This document shows, piece after piece, positions 39,531 through 47,892 of a DNA stretch of 64,000 nucleotides. The position numbers were made by a program, and so were the translations under genes. This DNA comes from Candidatus Parcubacteria bacterium (lineage in GTDB: Bacteria; Patescibacteriota; Minisyncoccia; JACPXH01), in contig JACPXH010000004.1 in the NCBI GenBank assembly GCA_016196625.1, positions 71,993-135,992 on the forward strand, written 5' to 3'. The first letter of the stretch is position 1. The number at the start of each line of letters is the position of its first letter. Below the pieces are notes generated by a model that ran no database searches, was not told the DNA's origin, and saw only the letters and a program-made list of their open reading frames with translations.

Positions 39531-40295
39531 TTGAAACAAGTCGTCATCAACGACATCCTTATCGCGTACGACGCACTCCGGCACCCTGCACCGCAGCCGG
39601 AGACATTCGTCTTGCTGCACGGCTGGCGATCGCGCAAGGAAGTTTGGCGGGTGGTTGCCGAGCAACTATTCAGCCACGGGGACGTCTACGCCCTTGATCT
39701 GCCGGGCTTTGGAAACTCTGAAATCCCGGGCCGCGCGCTTACGGTTAGCGACTACGCTGACCTCGTGGCCGATTTTATACAGAAGTGCGAACTGAAGGCG
39801 CCGACCGTGATTGGCCACTCATTCGGCGGTCGGGTAACGATTGCGCTTGCTTCGATCCACCCGGAAAGTATCGGGAAGATTGTGCTGGTTGACAGCGCTG
39901 GCTTTATCAACGCTTCAGCAAAACGCCGCATTGCGAAGGCCGCAGCCAGACTGCTCCGCCCCTTGTTCCGACCTACCTTTATGGCTTCCCTCCGACAAAA
40001 AATCTATGAGCTCATAGGCGCAGAAGATTACGTCGCCACCCCCTGGCTGCGGCAGACATTCACGAACATTATCAACGAAGACTTGAGCGAACACCTGCGC
40101 GCCATTACGGCGCCAACGCTCCTCCTGTGGGGCAAAGACGACCGGGAAACTCCGCTCTCGTTCGCTACTCGTATGCGCGCCCTTATCGCCCGTTCGCGCC
40201 TCGTCGTTCTCGAAGGCGCGGGGCACTTCAGCTTTGCCGATCAGCCGAAAGCGTTCGTCGAGGCGGTACAAACATTCCTACGAGAAACGCCATGA
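39531..40295 (+). CDS. Alpha/beta-hydrolase fold protein
   Basis: HGW...GHSFGG nucleophile elbow and C-terminal His. Stop overlaps the murF ATG (ATGA). Confidence 0.65.
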   Translation: MKQVVINDILIAYDALRHPAPQPETFVLLHGWRSRKEVWRVVAEQLFSHGDVYALDLPGFGNSEIPGRALTVSDYADLVADFIQKCELKAPTVIGHSFGGRVTIALASIHPESIGKIVLVDSAGFINASAKRRIAKAAARLLRPLFRPTFMASLRQKIYELIGAEDYVATPWLRQTFTNIINEDLSEHLRAITAPTLLLWGKDDRETPLSFATRMRALIARSRLVVLEGAGHFSFADQPKAFVEAVQTFLRETP

Positions 40296-41755
40296 ACCTG
40301 CCCGCCGTCTGGGACTACCAGCTCTACCTCCTGCAGCTCGAGCAGTATGAACTTGCGCGCTACTGGAAACTGCTCCGCCTCAAGGGATTATTTCCTCCAA
40401 AGTCTGGCCTGCGTAAGTCTCTGCATTGGACACTCAAGGCGCGCGTCATCTGGCTTCTTGCGTGCACCATACACCTGGCCATCCTCGTTTTCGCGCTCGA
40501 GCGTCTCTCCCGCTTGGACTACGCGCTCGGGTTTGCGGCTCTCGGCGTATGGGTATTGCTGGCGTCCGCCGGCCCGTGCCTCCTCTATACACTCTCGACC
40601 GCGTTGCTATTGCCGGCAGACTTTTTCGTAAAACGCCGGATCATCGCTGCCGCTCGCAGGAAGATGCATAGGCTCAAAAACATCATGGTTGTCGCCATCG
40701 CCGGCAGCTACGGCAAAACGACCATGAAACGCGTGTTGCAGGCGGTCTTGTCCGCACAGCTCCCAGTCGCCGCAACACCAGAGAGCGTGAACACCCCACT
40801 CGGCATTGCGCGCTTTATCTTGCAGGAAGTCAGCCCTGATACCACAGTACTTATCCTTGAGCTCGGAGAGCACTACCGGGGAGACGTAGCGCACTTGTGC
40901 ACCATCGCCGAGCCGAATACCGTCATCATTACCGGCATCAACGAAGCGCACCTGGAGCGCATGGGTGATGTAGCCACCGTGGCCGCGACCGTCTTTGAAG
41001 CGGTCGAACACGCGAAGCCGAAAGCACTCGTGGTGCTCAACGCCGACGATGAAAACGTGCGCGCGCATTGCAACCAGATTGTGATACCCCCAGATCGCCT
41101 TGCATTCTTTAGCGCCGCAAACCATCCCCTGTGCCGTTACCGGATACAGAACGAAGAGTTCCTTGAAGACGGATCGGGCATCCGGGGCACCCTGACGTTT
41201 CCCGAGGAGGACGCGTGCGCCGCTATACATTTTCACATCCCGCTTGTGGGAACCCATGCGCTTGGCACCCTGGTGGCCGCGTGTCTGGTGGCCAGGCATT
41301 TGGGGCTAAACCGAACAGAAATCCAAATCGGTATAAGCCAGATTCGTCCCGTGGAACATCGCCTGCAGGTCTTGAAAGGCACAGACAACATCCTGATCAT
41401 TGACGACAGCTACTCTGGAAATCCTGCGGGCGTGCAAGAAGCCATCGGCGCCCTGAGTCGGTTTCGGAGCCGCCGGAAAATCTATCTGACCCCGGGGTTA
41501 GCGGAAACGGGATCTCGCGCCGGAACACTCCACCGCGAAATCGGCGCGGCACTCGCGCGCGTGGCCGACGTCGTCATCCTCATCCGCAACAGCGTAACTC
41601 CCTTGCTCGCCGAGGGGTTGCGGCAATCTGGCTTTCAGGAACGCCGTATTGTATGGTTTGAGCATGCGGCCGCTGCCCACGCCGCGTTACCCCACATCCT
41701 CAAGCCGGGCGATGTGATTCTGTTCCAGAACGACTGGGGCGACCAATACGTATAA
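40292..41755 (+). CDS. murF: Mur-ligase family protein, MurF-like, with N-terminal membrane segment
   Basis: P-loop IAGSYGKTT. Mur ligase middle and C-terminal motifs (DDSYSGNP). Residues 1-150 are hydrophobic helices. Confidence 0.65.
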   Translation: MNLPAVWDYQLYLLQLEQYELARYWKLLRLKGLFPPKSGLRKSLHWTLKARVIWLLACTIHLAILVFALERLSRLDYALGFAALGVWVLLASAGPCLLYTLSTALLLPADFFVKRRIIAAARRKMHRLKNIMVVAIAGSYGKTTMKRVLQAVLSAQLPVAATPESVNTPLGIARFILQEVSPDTTVLILELGEHYRGDVAHLCTIAEPNTVIITGINEAHLERMGDVATVAATVFEAVEHAKPKALVVLNADDENVRAHCNQIVIPPDRLAFFSAANHPLCRYRIQNEEFLEDGSGIRGTLTFPEEDACAAIHFHIPLVGTHALGTLVAACLVARHLGLNRTEIQIGISQIRPVEHRLQVLKGTDNILIIDDSYSGNPAGVQEAIGALSRFRSRRKIYLTPGLAETGSRAGTLHREIGAALARVADVVILIRNSVTPLLAEGLRQSGFQERRIVWFEHAAAAHAALPHILKPGDVILFQNDWGDQYV

Positions 41756-41787
41756 CCGGCCGCGGTCCGACGCGATCACAATCACGT

Positions 41788-43014
41788 ATGCGCAGTAACC
41801 CAACTCGGAAGACAATCGGCGTATTTTTCGGAAGCCGGAGTGCTGAGCACGACGTCTCCATCATTACGGCTCAACTCATCATGGCGGGCTTGCGCGCGCT
41901 CGGCTATGCGGTTATGCCCGTCTACCTTACCAAGCAGGGCACGTGGCTGCTCGGAGAAGAACTGGGGGAACTAAACTGGTTTACCGATCCCGGAAGAACG
42001 GCCAGCCGGGACAAAAAGTATCAGCGGTACTCCTTGGACCTCGAGGCATCGCGGGGAAAGTTAGTCTTTAGGGAAAAAGGCTGGAACAGAAAGACCGTAA
42101 CCATTGACCTTGCTTTCCCCGCGTTCCACGGAACCTTCGGCGAAGACGGCACGATCCAAGGACTTTTTGAACTGTTCGGGGTTCCCTATGTCGGCTGCGG
42201 CGTACCCGCTTCAGCCGTCGCCATGGACAAAGCCCTCACGAAACAACTGTGCCAAGTCCATAACATTCCCACTACCCCTTTCATATCCTTCTCGCGCCAC
42301 GCCTGGGAAACGGACAAGGCGGCCGTCCTCGCGCGGGTACAGAGTGAACTGCGCTGGCCAGTATTCGTAAAGCCGGTACACCTCGGATCATCAATCGGCA
42401 TTGCCAAGGTGAAAGAGCGAAACGGAAACGATCTCGAGTTTCGCATCGAGGTCGCACTCCACTATGACGATACCGTACTGGCAGAAGAAGCCGTGGAGCA
42501 TGTTATGGACGTAACGTGCTGTGTAGTGGGCAACGATGAACTGCGGACTTCGGTTCTGCAAGAGTCAACTTTTTCGGCTGACCTCTTTGATTTTGAAACC
42601 AAGTATCTGGAAGAAGGGGGCGCGCAATGGGGAAAATCGCGAAGTCGCGTCGTCATCCCGGCCCGCGTAGACGAAGATACTACTCGTGAAATTCAAGAGA
42701 TGGCCAAGCGCGTCTACCGCGCGATTGGCTGTAGCGCCATCGCGCGGGTAGATTTCCTCTATGATCAAGCCTCGAAGCGCCTGTATGCCAACGAAGTTAA
42801 CCCGCTGCCCGGCACCCTCTACCACCACCTCTGGAAAGCGAGCGGGCTGGAACTGCCGCAACTGCTGGAAGAATTGCTCAAACTGGCAGTCGAACGCCAA
42901 GCGGCGCGGGAGCGCCTCACGTACGCGTTTGCTTCAGACATCTTACGTCAGCCTGCCGCTGCCAAACTAAAACTGGTTAAACCGCAGACGCACGAGCGCA
43001 ACGCAGAAAACTGA
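41788..43014 (+). CDS. ddl: D-alanine--D-alanine ligase
   Basis: GVFFGSRSAEHDVS N-terminus and ATP-grasp motifs. Confidence 0.85.
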   Translation: MRSNPTRKTIGVFFGSRSAEHDVSIITAQLIMAGLRALGYAVMPVYLTKQGTWLLGEELGELNWFTDPGRTASRDKKYQRYSLDLEASRGKLVFREKGWNRKTVTIDLAFPAFHGTFGEDGTIQGLFELFGVPYVGCGVPASAVAMDKALTKQLCQVHNIPTTPFISFSRHAWETDKAAVLARVQSELRWPVFVKPVHLGSSIGIAKVKERNGNDLEFRIEVALHYDDTVLAEEAVEHVMDVTCCVVGNDELRTSVLQESTFSADLFDFETKYLEEGGAQWGKSRSRVVIPARVDEDTTREIQEMAKRVYRAIGCSAIARVDFLYDQASKRLYANEVNPLPGTLYHHLWKASGLELPQLLEELLKLAVERQAARERLTYAFASDILRQPAAAKLKLVKPQTHERNAEN

Positions 43015-43087
43015 CGCGCTCCTTCAACGTGCCCGCGGATAAAATCAGTTCGACCCGACCGACAGCCTCAGTGATTTTGAACTAAAA

Positions 43088-43112
43088 AGTCCCCTGGTGG
43101 GGGCTTCTTTAG
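43088..43112 (+). terminator. Putative intrinsic terminator of ddl
   Basis: AGTCCCC-TGGT-GGGGGCT then TCTTT. Confidence 0.35.
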
Positions 43113-43410
43113 TGGCTTTGCAAGTTGGAGTGTAGAAATTGGCACAGCTCCAGGTGGGTGCCCGCAGTCTTGGCCCACGGGCCAAGAATCATATGAGGCT
43201 CCCCGGAAAAACAATTTGACCCAAAATCATACAATGTGCTGGTGCCCGCCAGAGGCGGGTGGCACGCCTGCAAAGCCACGTATAGTATAGACGACCTGAG
43301 CGTAAAAAGGAAACGCCCGACCAGAACAGTCGGGGCGCACCATAGGCCGGCGAGAAGAATCCTGTCTCCTTTCTCCTGCCGGAGAAGTTTTACGATAAAA
43401 GGAACAAGGG

Positions 43411-43484
43411 TGGGGTCGGGAGGGTTTGAACCTCCATCTTCCGCAGGATCGCTGCGGAGCTCTCACCAATTGAGCTACGTCCCC
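43411..43484 (-). tRNA. tRNA-like gene, formal anticodon GAU (Ile), with non-canonical anticodon loop; possibly a pseudo-tRNA
   Basis: Canonical D-arm (GCUC-AAUUGGUGA-GAGC) and T-arm (GGAGG-UUCAAAC-CCUCC). Acceptor has an A5/A68 mismatch. Anticodon loop is GCGAUCC (C33 and C37 instead of U33 and a purine at 37). No CCA encoded. Confidence 0.45.
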
Positions 43485-43835
43485 ACCGTGAAAAGCGAAG
43501 CGGAGTCCGCCGAAGCATGCCGGCCCTCCTTCGCCGAGGCCCCGGAGGATCCACCTCCGCATGACTGAAAGAACTCGTAACGCATACCGGGCGGAGGCGG
43601 AAACAACCAAGCCTTCCCGTTCGGGAAGGCTTGTCCTGTAACGCTATCTGTAAACTTGCTTCAGGCGTCTGCCTTCCCTGCAGATTTCAGAATGACCGCA
43701 AGCGTAATAACCAAGGCTTGGAACGCCTGGCGATGCGCCATCAATTCTGAAATCAAGAAGGCCATAAATCAGCTTACTCCAAAGATATCTCTTCAGTTCA
43801 GGCCACGTCAAGGCGGTTATCAACACTGTAAAAAT

Positions 43836-43868
43836 GACAACGGGAAGCCGCCTGCGGCTTCCCGTTTT
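43836..43868. terminator. Bidirectional intrinsic terminator
   Basis: GGGAAGCCGC-CU-GCGGCUUCCC has 9-10-bp perfect arms and is flanked by T-runs on both strands. Confidence 0.5.
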
Positions 43869-43881
43869 CTGGCCTACGCGA

Positions 43882-44082
43882 TCACCCCCCCCTAACTTTC
43901 GTGAGCAGTTGCCTAAGCTCCTGACGCCTAGCCACCGACCTCCGTCTTTCTTGCCTGGTGGGAACAAAGACAAGATGCTTACCTCCGTGTCCTACATACC
44001 GAGTTTCAAGGCCAAAGCGCCTGTGGATAATGCCCGGGATGATACGCTCGGCATCCTCGCGGTTTTCGGCTATAAGGTACAT
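43882..44082 (-). CDS. Small protein (66 aa) with weak HicA-like GxHGGKHLVF motif; second gene of a 2-gene cassette
   Basis: ATG preceded by SD GGGGGAGGGG 5 nt upstream. Overlaps the upstream ORF by 13 nt. G8 homopolymer near its 3' end. Confidence 0.45.
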   Translation of the reverse strand: MYLIAENREDAERIIPGIIHRRFGLETRYVGHGGKHLVFVPTRQERRRSVARRQELRQLLTKVRGG

Positions 44083-44288
44083 GCGGCCCCTCCCCCGTAC
44101 TCGCCTCGCGGGGGCACGCGGATGAACTTCCCGCTGACGATCCGCCACTCCTCCCCGCAGGTACAGTACGCTGCGAGTATGCGGCCGGTGCCCACAAAAG
44201 CAAACCCAGCCGGCCGACGCGACTGAACCGACAATTCTCCATTGCAAGCGGGACATTGGTAAAAAGGAACGCTCCCATTTACGCTCAT
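44070..44288 (-). CDS. Small zinc-ribbon protein (72 aa; CPAC...CTCG)
   Basis: Translation re-derived by hand. SD GGGAGGAGGTG lies 5 nt upstream of the ATG. Four Cys as CxxC-x30-CxC. Confidence 0.5.
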   Translation of the reverse strand: MSVNGSVPFYQCPACNGELSVQSRRPAGFAFVGTGRILAAYCTCGEEWRIVSGKFIRVPPRGEYGGGAACTL

Positions 44289-44329
44289 AGCGCACCTCCT
44301 CCCGTTGCGGGTTAGCCCACAACATCAAA

Positions 44330-44366
44330 CCCGCCGGACCGAGCGGTTCGGCGGGCTGTTTTGGCG
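44330..44366. terminator. Hairpin plus U-tract in the leader of the small-ORF cassette, terminator-like on both strands
   Basis: CCCGCCG-12 nt loop-CGGCGGG then UUUGAUGUUGUG (minus) or CUGUUUUGG (plus). Confidence 0.4.
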
Positions 44367-44459
44367 AAGGAGAAACTTACGAACGCACAACAACCAACCT
44401 AACCGCCTCCAGACGGCTAAACTGAAACGAGAAGCACCAGTTGATTGTCATTAGCCCTA

Positions 44460-44488
44460 AAGATATTCAAGCCGCAACCAGCTGTCAA
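44460..44488 (-). promoter_or_regulatory. Sigma70-like promoter (TTGACA-17 bp-TATCTT) driving the small-ORF cassette
   Basis: Consensus -35 TTGACA and a 17-bp spacer, read on the minus strand. Confidence 0.4.
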
Positions 44489-44518
44489 CCGACGAATGTC
44501 CACAGCTCAACCAAGGGT

Positions 44519-44553
44519 TAAAAACGAACGTCCCGCCATGGGAATACGGCGGG
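44519..44553 (-). terminator. Intrinsic terminator of ndk
   Basis: CCCGCC-10 nt loop-GGCGGG then ACGUUCGUUUUUAAC. Confidence 0.4.
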
Positions 44554-44612
44554 CAAACGCGGAATTGAGCCCTCGGCCATCCGCCGCTTGATAAAAAGAA
44601 AGAACAGCGCCC

Positions 44613-45320
44613 CTAAAACATAATATCCTCTTCGGCGCGTTTATAATCGTAAACTTCTTCTGGCGCAAACCAGTGCTCAATTTCATGCGCTGCTTCCTCG
44701 GGCGTGCCGGAGGCATGAACAATGTTACGCAACGCCCGCTGGTGGCGGTTGGCAAGCAAGGGGGAATCAATGGAATAATCCCCCCGAATCGTGCCCATCT
44801 CGGCGTAGGCCGGGATAGTTTTGCCCACAAGCTTGCGGACCATGTCGATCGCATGAATCCCTTCGACGATCATCTTGATCACCGGGCCGGAAGACATGAA
44901 TTCCACCAACCATTGGCGGACACGCAATCCGATTTTGTGCGGATCAACAGTGCCATACTCGGCTTTGATGTCAGTCTCCGGCTCATATTGCGTATACGTC
45001 CGCAAGGTGTTCTCGCCCAAATTGATGATGTAGTCGCGATCTCTCGAATAGTGGCCGTCCATCTGCTGTTTGGTCGCCCAAATCATGTTGAGCGCGATAA
45101 CTTTGAGACCCCGCTGCTCAATGCGCCGGATGATCTCACCGGTGAGGCCGCGCTTGACCCCATCGGGCTTGATGATGACCACCGTACGCTCTTGCTGGAC
45201 CGATTGCTTTTTTGTGCGCTGTCGGGGACGCATAATGAAGCTCCGCGGGCTTACGCCTGCGGTATCCTCGGCGGAATCAGCCGCAGCATTCCGAAGGTAT
45301 GCCCTTTGATATTTACTCAT
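44613..45320 (-). CDS. ndk: Nucleoside-diphosphate kinase (long form with insertion and N-terminal extension)
   Basis: VVIIKPDGVKRGL...NIVHASGTPEEAAHEI has the catalytic His. Possible later start at MRPRQRT. Confidence 0.75.
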   Translation of the reverse strand: MSKYQRAYLRNAAADSAEDTAGVSPRSFIMRPRQRTKKQSVQQERTVVIIKPDGVKRGLTGEIIRRIEQRGLKVIALNMIWATKQQMDGHYSRDRDYIINLGENTLRTYTQYEPETDIKAEYGTVDPHKIGLRVRQWLVEFMSSGPVIKMIVEGIHAIDMVRKLVGKTIPAYAEMGTIRGDYSIDSPLLANRHQRALRNIVHASGTPEEAAHEIEHWFAPEEVYDYKRAEEDIMF

Positions 45321-45448
45321 GATATCCGCCCCGCATTCATCCGTGGGTTCACGCCCGCGGTTTTCTGCGAAGGCGGATAAAAACCTGCCTAGCCTTAACC
45401 CCTCCCTTATAGCATGCTACTCGCCGGCGAGGCAACTAAACGTAACCC

Positions 45449-46330
45449 CTACCGTTCGGTTTGCACGACCAACATTTCCCCATTGGTAGCAATACTCACA
45501 TCGCCTCGCTCGTCCGTACGGTATGCCTTTGCTTGGACATTAGCGATTCGTTCGAGCGCCTCGGGGGTCGGGTGGCCGTATGGGTTCTTCGCGCCCACCG
45601 AAACCGCGGCTATTTGGGGATGGACCGCGTTGAGGAACGGGGCCGAACTCGAATACTTTGACCCATGATGGCCAATCTTGATCACGTCGGACTCAAGATT
45701 AAAACCGCCAGAGACCAACCGCCCCTCAACTACGCTCGTTACGTCGGCCGTAAACAGGTACTCGGTGTGGCCGAAGATGAGACGGTTTACGATCCCGTAA
45801 TCGTTCGTTTTATCGATGGTCTCGCCGGCCACTGATGTTTCAGGATTCAACACTGCCATCACCGCGCCATCGCCAAAATCCATAAGCTGGCCCGCCTGCG
45901 CGAATTTGACGGGGATGCGACTGGCCGCGACCGCCCGATCGAATGCCGCGGCTTCCGGAACCGAACGCCTGATGCCGGTTTCAAGCACCGCGGCGACACG
46001 GTATTGCTGAAGCACGTCCGTAAGACCTCCCAAGTGATCCGCGTCGGGATGGGTCGAGATGACAAGATCAAGATCTCGATCCCAGAACCCGAGCGCAGCC
46101 GAAAGCTTCGCGAGGATCCGGTTTGACGGACCGCCGTCAATGAGCACCTGCCGGCCCGAGGGCGTCTCAACGAAGATCGCATCGCCTTGGCCCACGTCGA
46201 AAAACGTTACCCGAAGCTGCCCCGGCTCTGCCGCAGCACCAAGCGCCGTCCAGATTGCGGCGTTGCCGAGCGCGAGGGAGCCTACAAAAATGGCGAGCCG
46301 GTACGCTATCAGCCATTCACGCCAGTTCAT
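45449..46330 (-). CDS. ComEC C-terminal-type metallo-beta-lactamase-fold protein with its own N-terminal TM anchor
   Basis: HPDADH MBL motif and ComEC C-domain homology. Confidence 0.7.
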   Translation of the reverse strand: MNWREWLIAYRLAIFVGSLALGNAAIWTALGAAAEPGQLRVTFFDVGQGDAIFVETPSGRQVLIDGGPSNRILAKLSAALGFWDRDLDLVISTHPDADHLGGLTDVLQQYRVAAVLETGIRRSVPEAAAFDRAVAASRIPVKFAQAGQLMDFGDGAVMAVLNPETSVAGETIDKTNDYGIVNRLIFGHTEYLFTADVTSVVEGRLVSGGFNLESDVIKIGHHGSKYSSSAPFLNAVHPQIAAVSVGAKNPYGHPTPEALERIANVQAKAYRTDERGDVSIATNGEMLVVQTER

Positions 46331-47804
46331 GAACTTGTTGAGCGTACGGAAATACCGGACGCGGTGAGAGCCGCCACACGACGAATACCAAGGCCGCGTA
46401 GCTGACCAGAATCACCGGGGTGGGGATCGGTGCCGGTATACTTGCGAACGGCACCCGTGCAAGCACAGCGGTCAAAACAATCTCATATTGCACCAGGAGC
46501 CACGCCGGGAATGACGCCGCGACTCCGGCCGCAGACAAAACCAAACCAACCATGCCCGCCGCAAACGCCGCCGCCATCGTATACGGAACGAGCGGCACGA
46601 CGAGAAGATTCGCGATGGGCGCGATGACCGAAACTTGACCGAACGTGCTTGCGGTCAGGGGCAACACGGCGGCTTGCGCCGCCAGCGTCATCACGACCGT
46701 CTCGCGCAGCCCCAACCACGTCGGCACCCACCCAAACGCCGGTGCGATGAGGGGCCCCAAGAAGATAAGACCGAGCGTCGCCAGAAACGAAAGCTGAAAC
46801 CCCACGTCCCAACGCAAGAGGAGCGGGTTCACCGCGAGCATAACGAGCCCGGCAAAGACGACGGCGTTCATGGTCCGATAGCGCCTGCCGGCGCGCGTGG
46901 CCAGATGCGCAAGCACCCCCATAGTCGCCGCCCGCACGACCGACGCGGTCGCGCCCGCAATGAACACGAATGCAATGATACTGACCGCAGTAGCCCAGAA
47001 CTGCCAGCGCCCCGACACCGAAAACCAGCGCAAGAGATAACCCAACGCCACGATGACGATCGTAAAGTTGAACCCGGAGATCGCAATGATGTGCGTGAGC
47101 CCGGTGCGCCGGAAGGCTGCCAAGAGTTCATCCGGGAGCGACGCCCGTTCACCCACGAGGAGAGCACCCGCGAGCGAGCCGTGCGGAGATGGCAGTACGG
47201 CATGGAGCGCGCGCAGGAACTCGCCGCGTACGGCAAACAGTAATGCAAGGACGGGATTCCCCCTGCCCGAACCGACCCGCATCGTCTTTGGATACAGTAT
47301 CGTGCCCGCAATCCCCTCTTTGGCAAGATAACTCCGGTAGTCAAAGCCGCTTATGATACCGGGAATCTGGGCGCGGCCGGTCAGTTCAAGCACGTCGCCG
47401 TAGCGGTGCGCTTGTTGACGGCGGACAGTGGCGAGCAGCTTCACCCCTCTCGCCTCGGGAGGCGACTCAACCGAAACCGTAAGCTGCGTGCGATTCGGGA
47501 ACTCGGCCGGCGGCTCTACAACGACCGCTGTGAACGTGGCGGTTTTTCCGACAAACGGCGCCAGGACTTTCGGATCGGTGCGCGCGGAATAGGCCGTGCT
47601 GTAGCGCCACATACCGAACGCGACCACCATGACGAGGAACCCGATAAGTCGCGCCCGGGGCCGATACCATCCGACGGTTACCGCCAGTCCTCCCAAAATA
47701 AAAACAGCTGCCGCGAACGTGAACGGCAGGCCAACGAGCGAAGCTGCAGAAACTCCGACAACAAACGCGAGACACAACGCCAGAAAAATGCGCGACTTCG
47801 TCAT
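46317..47804 (-). CDS. comEC: ComEC/Rec2 competence membrane-channel domain protein (DUF4131 plus competence domain)
   Basis: Multi-TM protein with ComEC-core homology. Ends 14 nt into the downstream MBL ORF. Confidence 0.7.
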   Translation of the reverse strand: MTKSRIFLALCLAFVVGVSAASLVGLPFTFAAAVFILGGLAVTVGWYRPRARLIGFLVMVVAFGMWRYSTAYSARTDPKVLAPFVGKTATFTAVVVEPPAEFPNRTQLTVSVESPPEARGVKLLATVRRQQAHRYGDVLELTGRAQIPGIISGFDYRSYLAKEGIAGTILYPKTMRVGSGRGNPVLALLFAVRGEFLRALHAVLPSPHGSLAGALLVGERASLPDELLAAFRRTGLTHIIAISGFNFTIVIVALGYLLRWFSVSGRWQFWATAVSIIAFVFIAGATASVVRAATMGVLAHLATRAGRRYRTMNAVVFAGLVMLAVNPLLLRWDVGFQLSFLATLGLIFLGPLIAPAFGWVPTWLGLRETVVMTLAAQAAVLPLTASTFGQVSVIAPIANLLVVPLVPYTMAAAFAAGMVGLVLSAAGVAASFPAWLLVQYEIVLTAVLARVPFASIPAPIPTPVILVSYAALVFVVWRLSPRPVFPYAQQVHELA

Positions 47805-47835
47805 GCCTATCTAGCTCATCTGAACGATTCACCCA

Positions 47836-47859
47836 TTCTAATATACTAGTATACTAGAA
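47836..47859. promoter_or_regulatory. 24-bp AT-rich near-perfect palindrome (putative operator) in the comEC promoter region
   Basis: TTCTAATATACTAGTATACTAGAA with perfect core TATACTAGTATA. TATACT and TATATT -10-like hexamers overlap it. Confidence 0.45.
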
Positions 47860-47892
47860 TGCTCCCCAGTGCGGATATGCTAAAACGCTCAC

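Noticed and set aside
43411-43484. tmRNA (ssrA) hypothesis for the tRNA-like element
   Set aside because: It has a full D-arm and anticodon arm, unlike tmRNA, and no tag-peptide reading frame or separate 5' acceptor half was found nearby.
43227-43973. ORFs 43227..43610 (-), 43236..43568 (+), 43644..43973 (-) and 43834..44226 (+)
   Set aside because: They run through the tRNA-like gene or through perfect terminator stems and lack SD sequences. The two small SD-driven ORFs at 43882-44288 are preferred.
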